Source of the DNA: an uncultured Fibrobacterota bacterium
Lineage (GTDB): Bacteria; Fibrobacterota; OXYB2-FULL-49-7; JAEUSG01
Direction: 5' to 3'
DNA: 32,000 nt
NCBI GenBank assembly: GCA_963831235.1
Contig: CAWHPS010000035.1
Location: 44,725-76,724 of the forward strand
A model generated the notes under the pieces. The model was given only the letters and a program-made list of their open reading frames with translations, searched no databases and had not been told where the DNA came from. Shown here in pieces: positions 25,407 to 32,000 of this stretch (its first letter is position 1; each line of letters starts with the position of its first letter). Made by a program: the position numbers and the translations under genes.

Positions 25407-25748
25407 ATGAAATTTATTATTACCGTCATACAACCAGATCGTTTGGACCAGGTTCTCGCAAAACTCGAGGAAAAGGCCATTCACCTTGTAACCGTTACAA
25501 ATGTTGTTGGCCGCGGTCGCCAGAAAGGTGTAGCTGAGATTTACCGGAGCCATATGGAGGCCGGAAGTTTGCTTCGGAAGGTGAAACTTGAGATTGCCGT
25601 TAACGAAGAATTCGTTCAGGCAACCATCGATGCAATCAAGGAGAGCGCATGCACTGGAAATGTGGGCGATGGAAAGATATTTGTCCTGGATCTTGAACAG
25701 TGCATACGCGTCAGGACAGGCGAAACTGGTGGGGTTGCGATAGGTTGA
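25407..25748 (+). CDS. glnK: P-II nitrogen regulatory protein (GlnK)
   Basis: 113 aa. It has the T-loop GRGRQKGVAEIYRSHME and the C-terminal GDGKIFVLDLEQCIRVRTGETG, and it lies directly downstream of amtB. Confidence 0.9.
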   Translation: MKFIITVIQPDRLDQVLAKLEEKAIHLVTVTNVVGRGRQKGVAEIYRSHMEAGSLLRKVKLEIAVNEEFVQATIDAIKESACTGNVGDGKIFVLDLEQCIRVRTGETGGVAIG

Positions 25749-25995
25749 GCAACCCTGCATCTTGTTTCGATAATTGGGAAAATGATTTTTTAAAGTGCAG
25801 CTCCTGAAAGAGAATCTTTCAGCCAAAGAATCTACTGGCTTCTGTCTATTCCTAATATTCCTTTGACTTTTAAATATCCATTTTATACCTTATTGACAGC
25901 GGTATCATAATGGAAAGGTCTTTTTTGCTGAAGATATTATCAAGGATTCAATGCTCGGTGCACAAACATTAACATTTCTGCAATAGGAGAGGTGC

Positions 25996-27039
25996 ATGTT
26001 AAAAAAATTATCGTTATTAATGGCTGTTGTGATAATGATGGGTTATTGTCATATAGTAAATGCTAAAGATACAGGTTCAAAATATAAAATTGCAAATAAA
26101 TTTCAGATTGAAGGTGATGGCGGCTGGGATTGTCTTTCAGTGGACGATTCAACAAACAGGCTTTTTATTTCCCATAGCACAGTGGTTCAAGTGGTGGATG
26201 CGGCAAGCGGAAAACTTCTTGGAACAATTCCAGATACAAAGGGAGTGCATGCCATAATTCTTGCACCAGATCTTAACAAAGGTTTTACGACAAACGGCAA
26301 GGATACATCTGTTACAATATTTAATCTTCAAACTTTGGAGGTTATTGCTAAAATTCCTGTTACCGGAATAAACCCTGATGTCGCAGTGTATGACAAGTTT
26401 TCTCATTCTGTTTTTATATGCAACAAAAAGAGTGCAAACATGACTGTAATTGATGCTATTGCCGACAAGGTTATTGCCACAATTACGCTTGATGGAAAAC
26501 CTGAATTTCCAACAACGGATAATAAGGGAATGGTTTACGTCAATATAGAGGATAAAAATCTAATTGATGTTATCAACGTGAAAACATTGAAGGTGGAAAA
26601 AAAATGGCCAATAGCACCGGGAGAGGAACCAAGTGGACTTGCAATTGATATGGAAAATAATCGATTGTTTGTCGGATGTCACAACAAGCTAATGGTAATC
26701 CTTGATTCCAAAAACGGGAAAGTCATCAAAAGTTTGCCAATTGGCGAACATGTGGATGGGATTGCCTTTGACCCTGGCCTTCACAGGGCTTATAGCTCAA
26801 ATGGGGAAGGTACATTAACCGTTATTCAGGAAGAAAACAAAAATAAGTTTAAAGTGCTTGAGAATGTAGTTACTCAAAAAGGCGCGCGTACCCTTGCAAT
26901 CAACTATAAGACACATCATATTTACCTGCCTACCGCGGAATTTGGCCCTAAACCTGTACCTACTGCTGAAAATCCAAAGCCCCGCCCTCCAATTATACCC
27001 GGATCGTTTGTGATTCTTGATGTGATGCCGATAGATTAA
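25996..27039 (+). CDS. Secreted YncE/YVTN-type beta-propeller protein
   Basis: Signal peptide MLKKLSLLMAVVIMMGYCHIVNA, followed by repeated blade-like units (NRLFISH, VIDAIADKVIATI, NRLFVGCHN..VILDSKNGKVIKSL, GIAFDP). Confidence 0.75.
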   Translation: MLKKLSLLMAVVIMMGYCHIVNAKDTGSKYKIANKFQIEGDGGWDCLSVDDSTNRLFISHSTVVQVVDAASGKLLGTIPDTKGVHAIILAPDLNKGFTTNGKDTSVTIFNLQTLEVIAKIPVTGINPDVAVYDKFSHSVFICNKKSANMTVIDAIADKVIATITLDGKPEFPTTDNKGMVYVNIEDKNLIDVINVKTLKVEKKWPIAPGEEPSGLAIDMENNRLFVGCHNKLMVILDSKNGKVIKSLPIGEHVDGIAFDPGLHRAYSSNGEGTLTVIQEENKNKFKVLENVVTQKGARTLAINYKTHHIYLPTAEFGPKPVPTAENPKPRPPIIPGSFVILDVMPID

Positions 27040-27218
27040 AGATTGTGATTGTATTGAGCTAATAGATTGGTTTTAAAAATTTTCAAATATTTTTCCATTA
27101 TTCTTTAAACATAAATATGGGATTGCAGTCTAAGGTTAATTATTTTTTAAAGCTGGTTTTATTAACAATGAAGTTTTAGGTGTGTATTCACTTTATTTAA
27201 ATGTAGGGCGAGGTTTTT

Positions 27219-28838
27219 TTGATCGACATATCCAACATAACAAAAACAATGGGCGGTGTGGATTTATACACGGACGCCTCTTTTCAGATATATCCCGGGG
27301 AAAAGATAGGGCTTGTTGGTCCCAATGGGGCTGGTAAGACCACCTTTTTCAGGATGATTGTGGGAGAGGTAAGGCCGGATAAAGGCGCAGTAAGCATCCA
27401 GAACAATGTGCATATCTCGTACTTTGCTCAGAATGTAGGGGAGATGAGAGGCCGGACTGCTCTTGAGGAGGTGATTTCCGGCCACCAAAGAGTCAGCGAA
27501 CTGGTTGACATTTTAAGAGGCTATGAGGACAAATTGAGCGACCCTGATCTTGGATCAGACGAAATGGAAACCATCCTGGAAAAAATGGGCAACGCACAGA
27601 CTGAATTCGAGAAACTGGGAGGGTTTGATATTGAAAACCGCGCACAAACCATACTTACGGGGCTTGGCGTTTTCCCGAATGAGCACCATAAACCGGTTCA
27701 GGATTTCAGCAGCGGATGGAAAATGAGGATTGCGCTTGCAAAAACACTTATCCGTATGCCTGATTTGATTTTAATGGACGAGCCGACAAACTATCTTGAC
27801 ATGGAAACAATATTGTGGCTTGAAGAGTGGCTCAGGAATTTTAAAGGCGCAATTTTAATGACCACTCATGATCGCGATTTCATGAACAGGGTGATAAAAA
27901 AGATTGTTGAAGTGAAAAACGGCAATGTAACCACTTTTTCCGGCAACTATGACTTTTATGAACAGGAAAAACGTGTCAGACTCAAACAAAACGAGGCTGA
28001 AATAAGCCGTCAGCAAAGCATGCTGAAGACTCAGGAGGAATTCATCGCCAGGTTCAAAGCCCGCGCCAGCCATGCGTCTCAGGTCCAGTCGCGGATCAAG
28101 ATGCTCGATAAGATTGAAAGGGTCGAGGCATTACCGGAAGATCTTGAGATGAAGATCTTCCTTCCTGAAATACCGCGTGGTGGAAATGATGTAATTACAA
28201 TAAAGGCTCTTTCCAAGACATGGAAAAATGTTGATGGAAGCGATAAGCCTGTTTTTTCAGGTCTTGATGCAACAGTGCTTCGTAAAGAAAAAATAGCTGT
28301 TGTAGGTGTTAATGGTGCCGGAAAATCATCTTTTCTAAAGGTCCTTTGTGGAGAAACAGAACCCACTTCAGGAGAGGTTGTTGTAGGCCCCAGTATTTCC
28401 ATAGGCTATTTTGGACAAAGTACACTCGAATCCCTTGACGATGAAGCAACGGTTTTTGATACGGTCCATAGGAAGCTTCCCGGTGAAAGCGTGGGATTTA
28501 TACGGAATCTGCTTGCTGCCTTTCTTTTCAGGGGTGAAGATGTTGCAAAAAAAGTAAGGATACTTTCCGGCGGCGAAAAAACACGAGTGATACTGGCTTC
28601 TTTACTCTCTTTGCCGCATAACTGCCTGGTGCTTGATGAACCCACAAACCATCTGGACATAAAATCCAGGGAAGTGCTACTTGATACATTGAAACGTTAC
28701 GAGGGGACTCTTCTACTTGTAAGCCATGATCGCTTTTTTTTACGTGAAATAACTAACCGCGTTTTTGAGGTTGATCATGGAAAGATACAGGTATATAATG
28801 GTGATTATAGTTACTATCTAGAGAAAAAACGTCAATAA
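27219..28838 (+). CDS. ABC-F family ATPase (two ABC domains, no TM domain)
   Basis: TTG start. It has two Walker A motifs (GPNGAGKTT, GVNGAGKSS), two signature motifs (FSSGWKMRIALA, LSGGEKTRV) and a charged inter-domain linker. Confidence 0.9.
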   Translation: MIDISNITKTMGGVDLYTDASFQIYPGEKIGLVGPNGAGKTTFFRMIVGEVRPDKGAVSIQNNVHISYFAQNVGEMRGRTALEEVISGHQRVSELVDILRGYEDKLSDPDLGSDEMETILEKMGNAQTEFEKLGGFDIENRAQTILTGLGVFPNEHHKPVQDFSSGWKMRIALAKTLIRMPDLILMDEPTNYLDMETILWLEEWLRNFKGAILMTTHDRDFMNRVIKKIVEVKNGNVTTFSGNYDFYEQEKRVRLKQNEAEISRQQSMLKTQEEFIARFKARASHASQVQSRIKMLDKIERVEALPEDLEMKIFLPEIPRGGNDVITIKALSKTWKNVDGSDKPVFSGLDATVLRKEKIAVVGVNGAGKSSFLKVLCGETEPTSGEVVVGPSISIGYFGQSTLESLDDEATVFDTVHRKLPGESVGFIRNLLAAFLFRGEDVAKKVRILSGGEKTRVILASLLSLPHNCLVLDEPTNHLDIKSREVLLDTLKRYEGTLLLVSHDRFFLREITNRVFEVDHGKIQVYNGDYSYYLEKKRQ

Positions 28839-28924
28839 GATAAACATAATTGATCCCTCTCCCGTTCATGGGAGAAAGGGAGTTAAGAAAACCCAGATTA
28901 AAATCAATGTTACAGCACCAGTGA

Positions 28925-28950
28925 CCCCTCTCCTGTAATCAGGAGAGGGG
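28925..28950. terminator. Perfect 11-bp-stem hairpin between convergent genes (bidirectional terminator candidate)
   Basis: CCCCTCTCCTG-TAAT-CAGGAGAGGGG. A related imperfect hairpin, CCCTCTCCC-GTTCAT-GGGAGAAAGGG, lies at 28855-28880. Confidence 0.6.
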
Positions 28951-28972
28951 AAAAAGGGGTGAGGTTCAATTG

Positions 28973-29938
28973 TTATTCATTAATCGCATCCATTATATTT
29001 GAATATTGTGCCCTAAGATCGTTTATTTCCTTGGCCCAAAAATTATCACTTCCCCAGTCCGGAAATTTATGCTTGAATTGATAATCGTTCCTTTGCATAT
29101 TGCACCATGCACTGAAATAAATCATCCTCATTGCCCTTAAAGCCTCTATCAATAAAAACGAGCGCGGATCAATATCACGGAATTGCCTGTACCCATCAAC
29201 CATTAAATCAAGATATCGTTTGCTTGCAGGATAAATATCCGGCAAAAGGAGCCAGAAATCCTGTATTGCAGGACCATTCATCATATCATCAAAATCAATT
29301 ATCATTAAACCAGTTTCAGGTCGTTCAAGGATATTACCTGTATGAAAATCGCCGTGAATGCGTATGATTTCTATTTCGTTGAAATATGGGATGACAGTAT
29401 CGATTATCCTGTAACTTATGTCCTTGAACGCCTCCTGACGCGAAGATGTTATGCCGTCATTTAACAGAGCATCAACATAAGGTCTTGTGATTTTATCCGG
29501 CGAAAGTAAAATACGTGCCGGGGCTTTACGAATCTGACCCGCATTATGAAGGCGGGCAAGAAGCACGCCGATTCTCTGCCAGCTTTCATTTCCTTCAATA
29601 TCAAATTGCCGGCCGGCACGCTTTGGAAAGACCGCAAAGCTGATTCCATCAAACATGCCTAGACTCTTGCCATCCGATAGTTTTAAAGGGCAAACAACGG
29701 GTATTTCCATTTCAGCACAGTCAAATATAAAAGCATGCTCATCAAGGAGCGCATCAAATGTCCACCGTTCCGGGCGGTAAAACTTCGCAACATAGGAAAC
29801 CCTGTCTTCTGTTTGAATTTCATAGACCCGGTTAATGTAACTTGGAAAAGGACGGATTAAAGATGTAAGCCTTACGCCAAGTGCGTTTTCAAGTGCTGGA
29901 AGAAAACGATCCGGTGTTAATGATGAAAAGTCATTCAT
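28973..29938 (-). CDS. srkA: Stress-response Ser/Thr kinase SrkA (YihE/RdoA family)
   Basis: 321 aa. It has YINRVYEI, the catalytic loop IHGDFHTGNIL and IIDFDD, matching the YihE pattern as I recall it. Confidence 0.8.
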   Translation of the reverse strand: MNDFSSLTPDRFLPALENALGVRLTSLIRPFPSYINRVYEIQTEDRVSYVAKFYRPERWTFDALLDEHAFIFDCAEMEIPVVCPLKLSDGKSLGMFDGISFAVFPKRAGRQFDIEGNESWQRIGVLLARLHNAGQIRKAPARILLSPDKITRPYVDALLNDGITSSRQEAFKDISYRIIDTVIPYFNEIEIIRIHGDFHTGNILERPETGLMIIDFDDMMNGPAIQDFWLLLPDIYPASKRYLDLMVDGYRQFRDIDPRSFLLIEALRAMRMIYFSAWCNMQRNDYQFKHKFPDWGSDNFWAKEINDLRAQYSNIMDAINE

Positions 29939-30053
29939 AAGGAATGGTAAGATAATTTATTTCTTAACACACTAACCTTTTTATTTGAGTTTGCAACTAA
30001 TCATCGTCTATATTTTAAAGCTGATCACAATAAACTTAACAGGAGTATTTTCC

Positions 30054-31154
30054 ATGGATAAAATACGTATAGGTATCATTGGCATGGGCTCAATGGGCAA
30101 AGGTCACTATTCAAACATCAAAACCATCCCTGAGTTCGAAATCACAGCGCTCTCTGATGTTAATCCGGACTCTCTTAAAGATTATAAAGAGACCAAATTC
30201 GAAAAGCCTGAGGCACTCATCAATTCAGGGCTTGTTGATGCGGTCGCGATTGTCACTCCTCACTTTAGTCACGTTCCTCTGGCCACAGAAGCACTTAAAA
30301 AAGGGCTTCATGTACTGGTTGAAAAGCCTGTTGCTGTTCATGTCAATGAGGTACGCGGACTATTAAAGGCACATACTGATAAAAAGCTCAAACTTGCGGT
30401 AATGTTCAACTGTCGGACAAATCCACCCAATGCGAAAATAAAGCAAATGATTTCGTCCGGCGAACTTGGCCGGTTGCAGCGGGCTTCAATGATTGTTACG
30501 GACTGGTACCGCCCCGAAGCCTATTTCAAGTCAGCCGGCTGGCGCGCCACCTGGGCTGGCGAGGGTGGTGGCGCGCTTCTTAATCAATGTCCCCACAACC
30601 TCGATCTTTTCCAATGGTTTGTTGGAATGCCTTCACGCATTACAGCCAATGTAGGGTTCGGTAAATTTCACGACATCGAGGTTGAAGATGAGGTATCAGC
30701 ACTTCTTGAATTCCCAGGCGGTATGACAGGCGTATTCATAACCTCAACAGGTGAAGCTCCCGGAACCAACCGCATTGAAATCGCTGGTGACAAAGGAAAG
30801 CTCACTCTTGAAAATGGGGTTCTTTCTTTTGTCCGCAACGAAATTCCCACATCAGAACATTTAAAGACAACTACGGAACGGTTCGAGAAACCTGCGGTCT
30901 GGAATGTGGCAATCCCGGTCAGGGAAATCGGTTTTAACGAGCAACATCAATCCATTCACCGCAATTTCAAAGATGCGATTCTTAAAGACACTCCCTTAAT
31001 TGCACCTGTTTCCGAGGGAATGGCATCTCTCGAGCTTGCCAATGCCATGCTGCTTTCAGGTTTCCTCAAAAAAACCATAGACCTGCCTCTTGACGGCGAT
31101 TGTTATTTTACCGAACTGCAAAAACGCATGAAGACCTCACGTTTTAAAGCATAA
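30054..31154 (+). CDS. Gfo/Idh/MocA-family NAD(P)-dependent oxidoreductase
   Basis: AGGAG SD at 30041-30045 and ATG at 30054. It has the Rossmann motif IRIGIIGMGSMGKGH and the EKP motif (HVLVEKPVA). Confidence 0.85.
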   Translation: MDKIRIGIIGMGSMGKGHYSNIKTIPEFEITALSDVNPDSLKDYKETKFEKPEALINSGLVDAVAIVTPHFSHVPLATEALKKGLHVLVEKPVAVHVNEVRGLLKAHTDKKLKLAVMFNCRTNPPNAKIKQMISSGELGRLQRASMIVTDWYRPEAYFKSAGWRATWAGEGGGALLNQCPHNLDLFQWFVGMPSRITANVGFGKFHDIEVEDEVSALLEFPGGMTGVFITSTGEAPGTNRIEIAGDKGKLTLENGVLSFVRNEIPTSEHLKTTTERFEKPAVWNVAIPVREIGFNEQHQSIHRNFKDAILKDTPLIAPVSEGMASLELANAMLLSGFLKKTIDLPLDGDCYFTELQKRMKTSRFKA

Positions 31155-31170
31155 AAAAGGAGCTGATACC

Positions 31171-32000
31171 ATGAAATTCGCAGGCTTTGTTGATGAAGTT
31201 TCTCCAGAACTTGATATTCAAATCGCACTTACCCGTGAACTGGGTTGGAGCGGCATTGAAATGCGGAATGTTAATGTTAATGGCAAGACAGTTCATTTTG
31301 ACGATGTTGATGACGCTACATTTGATAAAATGTATGGAATGCTTCAGGATGCAGGTATTTCCATAATCAGCTATGGTTCACAGATTGCCAATTGGTCGCG
31401 TAAAATAACGGGTGACTTTGAAAAGGATCGAGACGAACTTATTCGGATAATTCCGCGCATGAAAAAGACCGGGACAAAATTGGCCCGCGTCATGAGCTAT
31501 CCTAATGATGGCTGGGATACAGCTGTCTGGAGGACCGAAGTTCTCCGTCGTATAAAGATATTGGCAAAAATCGCTGAAGATGGCGGTATTATTCTGGCCC
31601 ATGAAAATTGCTCCGGTTACGGTAATTTGAATGCTGAGGCAGCAGTTGATTTGGTTACATCAGTCAATTCACCCGCATTCAAATTGATTCATGACACCGG
31701 AAATTTCTGGGAAACAGGTTATGATGCATTGGAATTTTACCAGGCAACTAAAGCGTATGTGGTTCATATCCATATTAAGGATTACAAAAAAGACCCGACT
31801 AATAAATATTATGTCCCTTGTTTTCCAGATGAAGGTGAGGGTCGCGTAAAGGAAACAGTTGCTGTTATCAGAAAAAGCGGTTATGACGGCTGGTACACAA
31901 TGGAACCTCATATCACGGCTGTTGCTCACATGGGAACGCAGTCAACTCAAACCGAACTTAATTACGATATGTTCCTGAAGTATGGGAAAATGTTCGAATC
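31171..32000 (+). CDS. Sugar-phosphate isomerase/epimerase (xylose-isomerase-like TIM barrel); 3' end beyond the window
   Basis: Not in the ORF track because no stop falls in the window. AAGGAG SD, ATG at 31171, open to the window end. Translation: MKFAGFVDEVSPELDIQIALTRELGWSGIEMR...ILAHENCSGYG...HIHIKDYKK...WYTMEPH. Confidence 0.8.
   Translation, partial: MKFAGFVDEVSPELDIQIALTRELGWSGIEMRNVNVNGKTVHFDDVDDATFDKMYGMLQDAGISIISYGSQIANWSRKITGDFEKDRDELIRIIPRMKKTGTKLARVMSYPNDGWDTAVWRTEVLRRIKILAKIAEDGGIILAHENCSGYGNLNAEAAVDLVTSVNSPAFKLIHDTGNFWETGYDALEFYQATKAYVVHIHIKDYKKDPTNKYYVPCFPDEGEGRVKETVAVIRKSGYDGWYTMEPHITAVAHMGTQSTQTELNYDMFLKYGKMFE

Noticed and set aside
25311-25826. 171-aa minus-strand ORF
   Set aside because: It overlaps glnK and the amtB 3' end on the opposite strand, and both of those have strong family signatures.
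1-32000. CRISPR arrays, tRNA/rRNA genes and recognisable defence systems
   Set aside because: No regularly spaced short repeats, no cloverleaf-like segments in the intergenic regions, and no nuclease, helicase or methylase-type gene clusters were seen.

Overview
Moderately AT-rich bacterial window of about 30 genes. The content looks anaerobic (hgcAB, a sigma-54 promoter, a TAT/DUF362 protein with a sorting-type C-terminal domain), and the middle section is accessory and mosaic. All family calls come from motif recognition in the translations, because no searches could be run.

Left to right:
- 1-3842, minus strand: a P-type cation ATPase that runs off the window and is missing from the ORF track, then yqhA, a 68-aa ORF and a solitary flgB.
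- 3638-5938: a diverged ~683-bp direct repeat. It duplicates the flgB 5' end plus its upstream region, including a 109-aa Cys-rich ORF, and brackets a membrane-protein gene.
- 5960-7536: an ISL3-family IS with 24-bp IRs, an 8-bp TSD and a frameshifted transposase.
- 7597-9006: a TAT-signal DUF362-like exported protein.
- 9058-14969, minus strand: a CusCBA-like heavy-metal RND efflux operon preceded by a small Cys/His ORF.
- 15011-17066: an ISKra4-like IS with 19-bp IRs, a 9-bp TSD and a transposase split across two frames.
- 17119-22407: the highlight, a tightly packed plus-strand operon arsR-hgcA-hgcB-arsC-orf213-dsbD-like-acr3(-DUF218-like). The mercury-methylation pair hgcAB sits inside an arsenic-resistance operon. 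The arsC catalytic Cys codon is an in-frame TGA, probably selenocysteine. Two uncharacterised membrane proteins carry vicinal-cysteine motifs.
- 22460-32000: an EamA transporter, a 343-bp MITE-like element with a 9-bp TSD, a sigma-54-type promoter driving amtB-glnK, a YncE-like beta-propeller, an ABC-F ATPase, srkA, a Gfo/Idh/MocA oxidoreductase and a partial sugar-phosphate isomerase/epimerase.

No rRNA, tRNA or CRISPR array was seen.
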